Source of the DNA: a virus
Taxonomy: Duplodnaviria > Caudoviricetes
Length of the DNA: 56,673 nt
IMG/VR virus record: IMGVR_UViG_3300036794_000060
Location: 1 to 56,673 of that record
Strand: one strand, 5' to 3'
The position numbers and the translations under genes are program-made. Shown one piece after another: positions 10,450 to 20,577 of this stretch (its first letter is position 1; the number at the start of each line of letters is the position of its first letter). The notes under the pieces were generated by a model. It saw nothing but the letters and a program-made list of their open reading frames with translations, was not told where the DNA came from and did not search any database.

Positions 10450-10673
10450 TATGCCACCCTCTCGACGATCATCCCGTTCTTCACGCGATACGATTTACCG
10501 TCCTCGAACGTGATCCCAGTACATCCAGGATCAGGGACGGAAAGGCCGACGCGTTCATCGTTGGGAATACGAGGAACTGTTTCTTGAACAATCTCCGGAG
10601 TGGCCGTCACGGCCTCTGAGCTGCGGGAACGTGGTGGACGGCGCTTAGGTTGCGCCTCGACAGGTGTGGACAT
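10449..10673 (-). CDS. Hypothetical protein
   Basis: MSTPVEAQ... with GGAAGG RBS; 1-nt overlap with the next gene. Confidence 0.55.
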   Translation of the reverse strand: MSTPVEAQPKRRPPRSRSSEAVTATPEIVQETVPRIPNDERVGLSVPDPGCTGITFEDGKSYRVKNGMIVERVA

Positions 10674-10694
10674 AGATAAAACCTTCCGATGGTG

Positions 10695-10729
10695 GACAAT
10701 GCCGCCGGCATGTGGCCGGCGGCATTGTC
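10695..10729 (-). terminator. Stem-loop downstream of the capsid gene
   Basis: GACAATGCCGCCGGC-N5-GCCGGCGGCATTGTC, 15-bp stem. Confidence 0.6.
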
Positions 10730-10758
10730 TCAACGATTTCAGAGAAACCCGGTATATG

Positions 10759-12453
10759 TTATACCTGGGTAATTCCCATCACCGCACCATTCCACCCAGG
10801 CGCGTAACAAATGAACGTCCCATACCAATAGCTGGATGACTCGTACAAGAATTGCTGCACAGGCCACTGAATACCCATGTAATCCTGAACATTGTAAACC
10901 GCCCACACGTCAGAAACGTTAGAATCAGGCAGCGGCAAAGTCCACGACACAATAGGCATGACACCCTGAGGCATCCACGGGTGAACGGTCACGTCCACCA
11001 TCTTTCCAGTAACTTCGTTCTGTACCCCTGTGACGAGGCTGCCGAGCTGTGCGTTGTGCGCGTCGCCGTCGTTCATCAGGTTGATACGGTAAGAGTTACC
11101 GTTCGCGGCCTTCAGGGTGTCGGAGAGCTGCTTACGGTCGTGACCATTGGCGAAAATCTCGTCAGGGTCACCCTTGACTGAGTCGTAAATAGCCGCGAAA
11201 GCAACGTTGAACTCGTTACCCGGGTTAGTGGTGGACAAAGGTCCATTCACGTGGTTCACGTAGCCAGAGTTTGAACCGCAGCAGTATGAAAGGATACCGT
11301 CGTATCCAGTCGCATATGCTGAGGTGTCCGAAGACGGCGCTGTCGAAGCGTTAGTACCGCTCGATGGCAGCGCTCCCTGGATGGTGAACTTGCTTGCAGT
11401 CACGCCAGATGCAGCCAAGTACATTGCTGATGCGGCTGGTGCTGAAGAACCGGTACCCACGTAGATGTCGTATGACAACGCGGCTGTGGTGTTAGCGTTC
11501 GTGATATTCACGTCGATGACACCAGAACCGGTGGCCACCGATACAGCGCCTGTTAGAGCACCGGTACCCCACATGCCGTGGCCGACAACTTCAACGTAGA
11601 CGTTGGTGCCGCCACCAGTGATAGCGGCTTCACCCGACCCTGCGGCACGCGCAGTCAAAGTGACTGTGGGAACGATCGCCCCGGAGAACCCGGAGTCGGT
11701 TCCACGACCACCAAGAAGCATGCGCTCCTCTAGCAACATTGACGACCACAAAAGTGTGGACTGGGATAGCTGCCTTACGTCCTCGTAGCCTTGGCCGGAG
11801 AACTGCGCGGCCCAGCTGACAACGTCGGACACGCCGAATTGCTTGTAGGCCACACTCTGGTCGTAACCAGCGTAGCTGATCGCCGCACCACGCAAATATG
11901 TTGGATACGGTGAACCGCCAGGCTGGAAACCAGTACCCTGGGAGTTCACACCACCTTCAGTGATACCTGGGTGGAAAATACCCACACCACCAGTACCGGT
12001 ACCGGTGAATCCGGAGATTACCTTGAAGCGGTGCGCCAAACCGATTCCGCGGCGACGCGCGATACGGTTACGCAAAGGCGTCGGACGAGGTGCCAAAAGC
12101 TTCGCGGGTGCTTCCAAATCGAAAGCAACCAAACCTTGTGGAACCGGGTTAGCGTTAGAACCTGTTCCCGCAGTCCACTCTTTACCAAGAGCTGATTCGG
12201 TCAGCGCGTTACGCACTGAAGAAATCAATTCCGGAGACAACGCCTTAGAGATTTCCGGTGAGCTCAAAGCTGACTGGAAAGCCGAAGCGGTGTTTGTTTC
12301 ATCGAAGCCGGGACCGCCGGGGAGCGGGACCGGTGAGGAGAGAGCTTTGTTCAGCTCATACTTATACGACTCGAAACGTTCGACGAGCTCCATTGGGGAG
12401 GTACAATCGCCGAACATTTGAGTCGGGGATGGCGGTTTCTTATCCGTAGCCAT
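10759..12453 (-). CDS. Major capsid protein with an internal Ser/Thr/Ala-rich inserted domain
   Basis: 564 aa after protease/scaffold; FDLEAPAKLL...TPLRNRIARRRG and EERMLLGGRG segments; followed by a strong hairpin. Confidence 0.8.
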   Translation of the reverse strand: MATDKKPPSPTQMFGDCTSPMELVERFESYKYELNKALSSPVPLPGGPGFDETNTASAFQSALSSPEISKALSPELISSVRNALTESALGKEWTAGTGSNANPVPQGLVAFDLEAPAKLLAPRPTPLRNRIARRRGIGLAHRFKVISGFTGTGTGGVGIFHPGITEGGVNSQGTGFQPGGSPYPTYLRGAAISYAGYDQSVAYKQFGVSDVVSWAAQFSGQGYEDVRQLSQSTLLWSSMLLEERMLLGGRGTDSGFSGAIVPTVTLTARAAGSGEAAITGGGTNVYVEVVGHGMWGTGALTGAVSVATGSGVIDVNITNANTTAALSYDIYVGTGSSAPAASAMYLAASGVTASKFTIQGALPSSGTNASTAPSSDTSAYATGYDGILSYCCGSNSGYVNHVNGPLSTTNPGNEFNVAFAAIYDSVKGDPDEIFANGHDRKQLSDTLKAANGNSYRINLMNDGDAHNAQLGSLVTGVQNEVTGKMVDVTVHPWMPQGVMPIVSWTLPLPDSNVSDVWAVYNVQDYMGIQWPVQQFLYESSSYWYGTFICYAPGWNGAVMGITQV

Positions 12454-12487
12454 CTACCCTAAACCTTCCGTAAAATAAAACAATGAT

Positions 12488-14245
12488 TTAGCTGAGGCGC
12501 TTAACTTCAGCGTCCAACATGGCGGCCTTCGCCAAATAACCCTGACGCAAAAGCTGATCATCAGTGTTGATCGCTAGCGCCTTATACTTAGCTGATTCGC
12601 CAGCTAGATCCTGTTGACGCGCAACAGCACGCTCTTGCTCTGTTCGACGCAGTGACGGCCCCCCCGGGGTTGCCATCTGCTCTACCCGACCAAGACGTTC
12701 TCCCAGCTCCCCGAGCTGCGCGGATGTCTGAGCGGTGGACTTCTCAATGATCGCCTGGAAGGACTTCAACAGTGGACTGTCGTCGGCCTCCAACGCGGCT
12801 GAGAAAGCTTTAAACAACACATCCGAAGGCTCACCCTCGGCTTCCACAGACTTGTCAACAGTGTCAACACTGTCTGTGGGGTCTTCCTTCGGAGCCTCCT
12901 TCGTTACGGAGTCCTCCTCGGAGGTAGTTTTGAGAACCTCGCCGGCAGACTTCTGAACATCGTCAACCTTGGCGTTGTCCGGTTCAGTGGTTTTGTTGCT
13001 GCCGTCGCTGCTCCAGTTATCTGGAATCATGTCAGAAGCTCCTAATGCTTTCGCGCGGCGCTTAATGTAAGCGCGAATGGAGTTGTGGTCGCCGGAACCG
13101 CGACCAACGGCGCGGATGGCATTGGATAGGTCAGATTTGTCCGCAATCGGGTACGATGGGTCTCCATTAGGGTTCCTCATCGCTTTCCCTTGTTTCAGCA
13201 TTTGACGTAGCTGCTCGGCCGAGTACTTACCTTTCACAAGGTCGGGGTCAGCGGCCATCAAAATAGGGATCGGCTGCTTGTCGGCACCCATCGCCTGCTG
13301 CTGTTCGCGGCAAATGAAATGCCTCAAACACGAGACAGCGTCAAGGAGGATGTTGATGTCGCAATCCTCAGCCGGGTTATCAGCCATTTCCGAAGCTTCG
13401 GAAATGATCAGCTGCGACAGAATAGAGATCGCTTCTTGAGCGTTCTCAATATCCACCTGTTCGGAGTCGTACTCCGGTGGCATATCGGATGCTTTGGTGA
13501 GTTTAACAAACTCGATCGCATCGTCACGAGTGAAGATCGAGTCGATGGCCTCAACGGTTTTGCTCGCGGCATCCACCAGCGCAGAAGAGTCAGATGACTC
13601 ATCCACGGTGAACAGCTGATCGAACTTCGCCTTCTGCTCCTCCGACATTGACTCGCCGATCTTCACCGTCATCTCCGGAATCCCATCCGAAGACTTCTCG
13701 ATGAAGTCGCCGCACTTCACCAACATCCTTTGGGAGTCGAAATCTCCCGCCGAAATTTCCATCCCCGGCATCGCGCGCTTACACATACGGAACGTCGCCG
13801 TAGGCAGCGCGGGACGGTCAACGAGGGAAACCTCGAAAATCTTTCCGTCCTTCACAATCCCGTTAGGCGCCGAAGTGGACTTCTCCACCCGCGGCTGACC
13901 GATACCAATGGAAAAACCGGTGTAAACCCCGTGCTTGGTTTTTAGTACCGCAACGGGGTCGACGATGTGAGCTTTAATATAGTGGCCGTCGGGTTGAACG
14001 TCATGTTCGACGGCGCGGCCGGCGGCTTTCTTCGAGTCGTGCTGTTCCCGAATATTCCCCCCGGTGGAGAAAGGTCCCCCACCCACGCCGAACCACTCCG
14101 GCATGGCAGACGCCAACCACTCCGGGTCGCAACGCTGGTAGTCCAAATCCAAATCCGGACCGGTCGCTTTACCGTACACATACATGGTTCCGTCGTCATT
14201 CTCGACAGATTTTGTGATCGGCGCGAACACCGAAGTCATTTTCAC
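12488..14245 (-). CDS. Capsid maturation protease / scaffold fusion
   Basis: HK97-type protease motifs (VYGKAT, IREQH, YTGFSIG, EVSLVDRPA) plus acidic and coiled-coil C-terminus. Confidence 0.8.
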   Translation of the reverse strand: MKMTSVFAPITKSVENDDGTMYVYGKATGPDLDLDYQRCDPEWLASAMPEWFGVGGGPFSTGGNIREQHDSKKAAGRAVEHDVQPDGHYIKAHIVDPVAVLKTKHGVYTGFSIGIGQPRVEKSTSAPNGIVKDGKIFEVSLVDRPALPTATFRMCKRAMPGMEISAGDFDSQRMLVKCGDFIEKSSDGIPEMTVKIGESMSEEQKAKFDQLFTVDESSDSSALVDAASKTVEAIDSIFTRDDAIEFVKLTKASDMPPEYDSEQVDIENAQEAISILSQLIISEASEMADNPAEDCDINILLDAVSCLRHFICREQQQAMGADKQPIPILMAADPDLVKGKYSAEQLRQMLKQGKAMRNPNGDPSYPIADKSDLSNAIRAVGRGSGDHNSIRAYIKRRAKALGASDMIPDNWSSDGSNKTTEPDNAKVDDVQKSAGEVLKTTSEEDSVTKEAPKEDPTDSVDTVDKSVEAEGEPSDVLFKAFSAALEADDSPLLKSFQAIIEKSTAQTSAQLGELGERLGRVEQMATPGGPSLRRTEQERAVARQQDLAGESAKYKALAINTDDQLLRQGYLAKAAMLDAEVKRLS

Positions 14246-14258
14246 AATAAAACTTCCT

Positions 14259-14927
14259 TTAAATTACCCCGAAGTTCAACAGAGGTCCCTTACCGAACAC
14301 CACGGCGTGACATCTACAGTGCGGATGGACCGCGCCGGGGATTTCCCCATCCGGCGGGTTATCCGCCGTGAACAAACGACCTTCCAACACCGCGCAACGC
14401 GCCTCCACCTTGCTGTCCCCGGCGGTACGCCACACCAACACGTTGTCACCGAGGTCGTCGACCTTTTTCGCGGCGCGACGCCGGTTTTGACCCGCCTGGA
14501 CATGCATCTTCAAATAGAGGGTTTCCCGGTCCATCGCCGAATCGAAATCTTCCGCCGCGGTCAAACGTCGCGCCGCCGCCAGGACGTACATGGCGCGCAT
14601 CCGGGGTTCCTCAGCCGCCACCCGCCGAACCACAGTGGACGCCAGAACGGGTGAACCGCCTTTAGTTCTCCCCGACAAAGATTTAACCGTGGCCATCGAC
14701 CCAACGCGTTCCGCCGCGTTACGGGTGATGCCTAGCTGCATCAACATGGAAATCAGACGCGGCGGGAGCTGGTCGGCTTCGATAGCGTCTCTAGACCCGA
14801 ACCATGCCGTCAACGCTGCCAACACCGCGGCTTGTGAAGCTTGCTGGTCGACAGCCTTCAACAATTGTCGCATCGTGACGGATTTAGCTTTCGCCAACGC
14901 CACCAACGCGCGCGTGCTAGAATTCAT
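14259..14927 (-). CDS. MuF-like minor head protein
   Basis: WRTAGDSKV..RC..LEG and C-terminal HPHCRC motif; follows the portal. Confidence 0.75.
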   Translation of the reverse strand: MNSSTRALVALAKAKSVTMRQLLKAVDQQASQAAVLAALTAWFGSRDAIEADQLPPRLISMLMQLGITRNAAERVGSMATVKSLSGRTKGGSPVLASTVVRRVAAEEPRMRAMYVLAAARRLTAAEDFDSAMDRETLYLKMHVQAGQNRRRAAKKVDDLGDNVLVWRTAGDSKVEARCAVLEGRLFTADNPPDGEIPGAVHPHCRCHAVVFGKGPLLNFGVI

Positions 14928-17900
14928 CGTCCAATGTGAACAACACTTTGCAGGCGTCCACATCCCCATCCGCCGCTAACCTGTTAGCTGCCTCGGCCAC
15001 AACAGGCGAGTAGGCTTTGAAGGTGAACCCGGACCATTCTTTACCGGTTTTCACCGACGCCTGGACACACGAGAGGAAAGCTTTCCTCTCCGCGACTTTA
15101 GAAATCTTTTGAACAGACTGGTCACGTGACTCGCCGCTGACCGAAGCGTCAACGGCGGGACGGTAACCTTGCGCCGGTTCACCAGGCCGATTACCCGATT
15201 CAGGCTTATTCTGTTGCGCAGATGGAAGGTTACCCGGCATCCCAACCGGTTGAACGTTCGGGTTAAAGAACGCCGGACCCGTTGGAGTTGCGATGAAAGG
15301 CTCGTTAGCTTGTTCAATGCTGTACCGTGGAAGGTTGAGTCTGTCACGCATCTCGTTCAACACCATCCCACCGTTGTTCACATACCCCTCAAGAAGAGTG
15401 GCTTCCTTCTGTTCGTCTTCGTCGTCGATGCCGTGGAATTGGAAAGTGACCTCAGGTGGCATACCGAGATAGTTTCGGCAAATCTCGTTGATCACATCGA
15501 TCAGCCACTTAGTTCGAGGCTTAGTACCCCTCGCCAACTGGGAATCCTGCTCACCCTGCTGGTGACCGGCACCACCCATACCACCCATACCGTGATTAGG
15601 AGTGAACCCCAACGATGTTGGCAACACATCGAAAGATGCGCAAATCAACCTGACAATGTGAAGGTCAAGGTCGGATTGGAATTTAGCCTCAAAACCCGCC
15701 GGATAGGATGGTTCGAAACCCGCCGGTAGGAACCGCGCGCGGTGCCTTTCCGCGGTTCTCCCGGAAAGGTCGTCGTTGAAAATCGCCTCATACTGTCTGA
15801 GTTGTTCCGGAGTCATCGCCATATCAACTTTCACGATCATCTCCGGCGTCACACCAGCCGAATACTCACTACGCAACCAGTCGAACCGTTTCAACCACAA
15901 ATCGACATCTGCCAACGACCGCTCAACATTCGAAAACCCGTACGGAGAACTCGTCCGACAATTCCTGACCTTATAGATCAACTGGTCCGTCGGAGACGTA
16001 TCCGGTGGGGGTTTCCCGTAGATCACACTCACAAATTCGTGATCCACCAACTCCGGAGGAGTCGGCTGTTGATACTCCCCCCGAGGGAACCCGTAACGGA
16101 TCTGCTGATAAGCAGGAAATGGTGGCTGCGGAGTCGCACCACGAATATCCAACAAAGGTTTGATAGTGTTCCCACACCAAGCCGCTTTCCCGTGACGTCG
16201 CACGTACAGCACCTCGTTAGGGACACTGACGCAGAACACCTCACCGTCGTAAGCGACAGGATCGACCGACCATGTGCGGTACTCGGTGTGAGACAACGCA
16301 ACCGTGTATTTGCGTCGCTTGTTTTCCGCCTTGATAACTCGACCATTCAGGGTAGTGTCCGAGTCGGAATCGTCGTATCGGACGCTCGCTGAGAAACCCA
16401 CCTTCTGCGCGACTTCTTGCAGATCGTCAGCCATCCGCAAGCTGGAAGTACTGATGGTTTCCGTCGGACCGTAATGTCCATCCCCAAGCATGTAGAACCG
16501 CCAAAAGATAGCCAACTGGCGAGCCGACATATTCTTAACCAGCTCCGGCACATACTTCTCGTGCGCCTTGCCGAACGGCTTCAAATAGTCGTGTAAGACC
16601 TTCCGGCCGATCACAAAGTTAGTCCCGGTGTGACACACGCTGCGATCGAAGATGTGTTCCAATAGATCGCGGAACGGCTCGAAACCCTTCGACTTCGGAG
16701 CTTGCGTAATGAACACTTGGTCGCCGTTGCTGACGCAACCCTCAGATAGATACATTCCCATGAACGCGGCGAAATCATCACCGGAACACTCGAACGACTT
16801 CGAATTTGTACGACCGTTCCCGACCAACTCGAATCGTTCGAGGTCGGACGCATCCCAGTGAGATGTCATCGGGATGCGTCGACCTTGACCACCTCGTCCC
16901 AATGCGGCCAGCTCGGCTGCCGTGACGATGGACTCACCTTGTCGATGACGTGAGCCACCGAGAGCACGCGGCAACCCTTCAATGACCATTCGATGGTTAG
17001 GGGTTACCAACAAGTCCAGAGATCGAGAATGGAAATGGCATAGATCACCCGTGAATGGAGCGCGGTGATAGTAGGTTGCCGGTTGCCACTCAAATGACTT
17101 GGTTTTCTGGTTCCGAGTAGCGAACTCGTCGATGGCAACATCTACCTGCGAGAACGAAAGCCATCCGCGCCGTGTCAAAACTTCCGTATCACCCGAATAA
17201 CATGTAGAGTCGATAATTTCGATAGAGTGGAGGTCGCCACTCAACGCGAAATGCGGATACAAAGAAACCGCATCCAACACCAACTCATCCTCCAATAGCA
17301 TGGTGAGCCATTGGACGAATGTGAGTTGGTTGATGCGGTCTGGTTTCATCCACCACTGATGGAGATGATCAATGTCATCCGCATATTTATCCTGCAAATC
17401 AGAAATCACTTCGTGGCTGGAGGTGTCGGCTCGTTTCGCCAAAGCACGCGCCTTAGCTGTATCGATCCCGAACGACCAATCCAACCCGGTGATAGCAGAA
17501 ATACACGTATCAATACAGGCGCGCATAATGGAAACTTCGTTCGCCGCATCCCGCAACACAGTCCACGGCACCGCGCGAGTGGTGGTCGTTTGGAGGTTCC
17601 ACGACGTTAGATAGTTCCGCAACTGCGGAGGCTGACGACCCGTCGAAGGAATAACCGGCGCGATCGGCGCCGGATACAAACTTTCCCCCGGACCGAACGG
17701 ATACATATTGTTCGGGTCCCGCGGCAAAGACGCAGAACCACTAATCCGTGGCGACCCATTCATCTGCAAACTCGCCAAATACCCAGAAGTGATCTCCTGG
17801 GTAGTCGCACCCCTCGGCAAAGCCAACGCTTTAGCGAGTTCTTTCTGCACTTCTTCCTGAACGACCCGGCGATAACCCGCAAGCCGAGCCGGCCTTGGTG

Positions 17901-17928
17901 TCACCCGGGTAGGACGCCTAATAGGCAT
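14917..17928 (-). CDS. Portal protein containing an intein
   Basis: Directly after TerL; portal-like segments (SPYGFSNVE, ICASFDVLPTSLG, LNEMRDRLNLP) interrupted by a Hint/LAGLIDADG insert. Confidence 0.9.
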   Translation of the reverse strand: MPIRRPTRVTPRPARLAGYRRVVQEEVQKELAKALALPRGATTQEITSGYLASLQMNGSPRISGSASLPRDPNNMYPFGPGESLYPAPIAPVIPSTGRQPPQLRNYLTSWNLQTTTTRAVPWTVLRDAANEVSIMRACIDTCISAITGLDWSFGIDTAKARALAKRADTSSHEVISDLQDKYADDIDHLHQWWMKPDRINQLTFVQWLTMLLEDELVLDAVSLYPHFALSGDLHSIEIIDSTCYSGDTEVLTRRGWLSFSQVDVAIDEFATRNQKTKSFEWQPATYYHRAPFTGDLCHFHSRSLDLLVTPNHRMVIEGLPRALGGSRHRQGESIVTAAELAALGRGGQGRRIPMTSHWDASDLERFELVGNGRTNSKSFECSGDDFAAFMGMYLSEGCVSNGDQVFITQAPKSKGFEPFRDLLEHIFDRSVCHTGTNFVIGRKVLHDYLKPFGKAHEKYVPELVKNMSARQLAIFWRFYMLGDGHYGPTETISTSSLRMADDLQEVAQKVGFSASVRYDDSDSDTTLNGRVIKAENKRRKYTVALSHTEYRTWSVDPVAYDGEVFCVSVPNEVLYVRRHGKAAWCGNTIKPLLDIRGATPQPPFPAYQQIRYGFPRGEYQQPTPPELVDHEFVSVIYGKPPPDTSPTDQLIYKVRNCRTSSPYGFSNVERSLADVDLWLKRFDWLRSEYSAGVTPEMIVKVDMAMTPEQLRQYEAIFNDDLSGRTAERHRARFLPAGFEPSYPAGFEAKFQSDLDLHIVRLICASFDVLPTSLGFTPNHGMGGMGGAGHQQGEQDSQLARGTKPRTKWLIDVINEICRNYLGMPPEVTFQFHGIDDEDEQKEATLLEGYVNNGGMVLNEMRDRLNLPRYSIEQANEPFIATPTGPAFFNPNVQPVGMPGNLPSAQQNKPESGNRPGEPAQGYRPAVDASVSGESRDQSVQKISKVAERKAFLSCVQASVKTGKEWSGFTFKAYSPVVAEAANRLAADGDVDACKVLFTLDDEF
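16168..17202 (-). mobile_element. Intein (345 aa) with LAGLIDADG homing endonuclease
   Basis: Block A CYSGDTEVLTRRGW; block B LLVTPNHRM; FMGMYLSEG and FYMLGDG motifs; ends VFCVSVPNEVLYVRRHGKAAWCGN followed by Thr+1. Confidence 0.92.
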
Positions 17929-17942
17929 ACAACCACCCTCTA

Positions 17943-19367
17943 TTATGCCGCCACCAACAAAGGCGCATGGCAAACAACGCACGACGTGGAACTTTTAGGA
18001 TTCGGCGTCTCACAATAATTACACAAATTAGACATCGCCGACAACCAAATCGCCGCCGTCGCACCCATATTCAACTCAGTAGCAGCCCACACCATCGCAT
18101 CCAAATTGTCCGGAGACTCCTTAGAATCAGGTGTGAACAAACACATCTGATCCTCCAACTTAGGTAGAGTCTTGTAGATGTGGCCGCGTTCCTGCTCCCA
18201 CAACGCAGAAATAGGTTCCGCACGAACCAACTTCCCCCTAGTAGCGCGAACAGTCTTATACGCAACATTAGAATCAATCGACCGGATCACAGTCTCGATG
18301 TAATCTCCACCGTTGTTGACCTCGCCGACAATTCGGTCGGCATGCCACCTGTGGTAGGCGTTCACCGCGGTCGCCATACACGCCTGCGGGGTGCCTTTCA
18401 TCGTACAATCCTCAAGAATGTACAAATGGCCATCATGGCTTCTACCGGCAACCACAATCCCCGTGAAGTCGGCTTTTTCGCCGGAAGTCACGGCCGGGTC
18501 GACACCGACAACGATCCGGGACATTGGTGGCAACACATGTACACGAGTGTTAGCGATCAGATCGTGATTCCACAGAGCGCCTTGAATGTCCTCAAGCAGC
18601 TCACCTTCGAGTTCTTGGAGACCGATCCTCGTCCCGGCATAGATCGCTTTGAGTTCGTCGAGAGCTGTTTTGGAGAGGTTGGCGGCGTTGTCCCACGTTT
18701 TCCCGCGGGTGATAGCGACAGAATCATTATCCCTACCGATGAGATCACGCAAAAAGCCGATCGGACGCGGCGTAGTGGTAATCAGGACTCTAGGGTTTTG
18801 GCCGATACGCAACGCCGGCATCAGCGCCTCGGAAAACATGTCATCGACGCGGTCCATCACCGCGGCCTCGTCAACCCACGCTCCGGCTAGGTTCGATCCT
18901 CTGAGTCTTTCGTATCCGTCGGAAGAGTAGCCGTAAACCCTGCTGCCATTATTTAAACGCACCGTCAAATCGGATGCGTTCATACTTTCAAGCTCCCCGG
19001 GAAGGAACGCTTTCAACAAACCTGAGGGTCCTTCGATGCAAACTTTCCGGCAGTCACGCCAGGTGGGAGCGACGATAGCCCACTCAGTTCCGGGGTTCCG
19101 TACGGCTTGTTCGGCGATCCACTCGGCGCCGGTCCGCGTCTTCCCGAACCCTCTCCCGGCCAAGATCAACCAAATATTCCAGATACCCTCCGGAGGTAGC
19201 TGTTCCGGACGAGCTAAATCGTGCCAGGGTCGTGGTCTGTCGGATACTTTTGTGGCGATTAGACGTTCGAGCGCTTCATTCCTGGCTTGTAGTCGTTTCA
19301 GCATTTCCAGCTGGTCAAGGCCGGCTTCGACTAGCTCAGGGTTCTCGTCGCGCAATGGAACCCCCAT
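17943..19367 (-). CDS. terL: Terminase large subunit
   Basis: Walker A AGRGFGKT, Walker B AWVDEAA, ITTTP motif, nuclease VGVDPA and DNLDA; C-terminal CxxC...CxxC. Confidence 0.95.
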   Translation of the reverse strand: MGVPLRDENPELVEAGLDQLEMLKRLQARNEALERLIATKVSDRPRPWHDLARPEQLPPEGIWNIWLILAGRGFGKTRTGAEWIAEQAVRNPGTEWAIVAPTWRDCRKVCIEGPSGLLKAFLPGELESMNASDLTVRLNNGSRVYGYSSDGYERLRGSNLAGAWVDEAAVMDRVDDMFSEALMPALRIGQNPRVLITTTPRPIGFLRDLIGRDNDSVAITRGKTWDNAANLSKTALDELKAIYAGTRIGLQELEGELLEDIQGALWNHDLIANTRVHVLPPMSRIVVGVDPAVTSGEKADFTGIVVAGRSHDGHLYILEDCTMKGTPQACMATAVNAYHRWHADRIVGEVNNGGDYIETVIRSIDSNVAYKTVRATRGKLVRAEPISALWEQERGHIYKTLPKLEDQMCLFTPDSKESPDNLDAMVWAATELNMGATAAIWLSAMSNLCNYCETPNPKSSTSCVVCHAPLLVAA

Positions 19368-19455
19368 ATATTCATATAGATAGATAGCGAAAAGTTATAA
19401 CATTGGACTCCACCCTGCGGTGGATGCGAAAATGTTTCCCACCGAGGAAGGGAAG

Positions 19456-19749
19456 ATGATGATCAGTCGGCGTGAACCAGTCACGGTCCTCTGCGCGTTC
19501 AGCTGCTTCGTCGCCAGCATCGCGCTGTTCAGCACGTGTGTGTTGGTGCCAAGCGTCGCGGTCTGGTGCGATTTTTGGGGTACGTTCGCCGGGTTGGTGG
19601 CTCTCGGGATTTTCTTGAGAGGCAACCTCGCAACCCCCACAGCTCCGACAACCGCACGGCGTCGACCGGTGAACCGCCAGCTGCCGTACCACAACCCGCA
19701 TCAGCACCGGCCGTACCAGGGAGAGCTAGACCTGGACGACTACCGATGA
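19456..19749 (+). CDS. Small membrane protein with C-terminal HRPYQxxLDLDDY motif
   Basis: Two hydrophobic segments; GGAAGGGAAG RBS. Confidence 0.65.
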   Translation: MMISRREPVTVLCAFSCFVASIALFSTCVLVPSVAVWCDFWGTFAGLVALGIFLRGNLATPTAPTTARRRPVNRQLPYHNPHQHRPYQGELDLDDYR

Positions 19750-20018
19750 AACGCCTCATACCCCTGTTGCTGGTGTTACTAGTTGCGGGATGTGGCCGCT
19801 ACCTATACGGGTACGACTTCGAAAACGCGTTCCTCGTCAGCTGCGAACAGAAAGGTGGGATGGGGTACTGTGCCTGCGCTCTGGACTGGATCGAACGCAC
19901 CACCCAACCCCAGGAGTTCATAACGGAGGTAGCCACCTACCAGCAGACGGGGACGTTCACCGGGAGCATCGAGTTCGTCAAAACGGTGTGCAGCCTCGTA
20001 GGACCCATCCTGTACTGA
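19746..20018 (+). CDS. Putative lipoprotein
   Basis: MKRLIPLLLVLLVAG-C signal with lipobox; ATGA overlap with the previous gene. Confidence 0.7.
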   Translation: MKRLIPLLLVLLVAGCGRYLYGYDFENAFLVSCEQKGGMGYCACALDWIERTTQPQEFITEVATYQQTGTFTGSIEFVKTVCSLVGPILY

Positions 20019-20540
20019 GAGGAATTATGGAACCGAAGTTCGAGCTCGACCCGAAACTGAACGTGCGCGCGTTGGCGTTGATGGCCGACTTCGAGATTGC
20101 GTTAGCGTCGGCGCGGCGAAAGTTCGACCGGCAACCCCGCGCCTGGAAAGAAAACGCCGACGACCCCATCGGGTGGATGGAAGACATGGAACACGCCATC
20201 GACGGGTTAGACCGCGTCACCTACGCCTACGAAGATGCGTAACCACTGCGGGGTGTGTGGAGACGACATCCCCCTCGGCCAGCTGTATCACACGTTGGTG
20301 TTCCACCGAGAGCGGGAATACCGCGGCGGCTGGATCGACATCGAACACACCCAGATACTCCTGGTGTGGTGTGGGACGTGTGTTCCGTCAAAGACCGCTG
20401 TGACAGATGCGCTCACAGATGTGGGTTTGGCGGAGTGGAAATGACGAACGTCCCGGACCATGGCAGCCCGCGTGGGTCCGGGACGTTCGACCAACCGGAG
20501 AAGCTCTCGACGGTTGGCGGCGAAAGGCTACCACAATGGT

Positions 20541-20577
20541 GAAGGCCGAACCGTCATCGGCATACGGTTCGGCCTTC
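20541..20577 (+). terminator. Stem-loop
   Basis: GAAGGCCGAACCGT-N9-ACGGTTCGGCCTTC. Confidence 0.55.
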
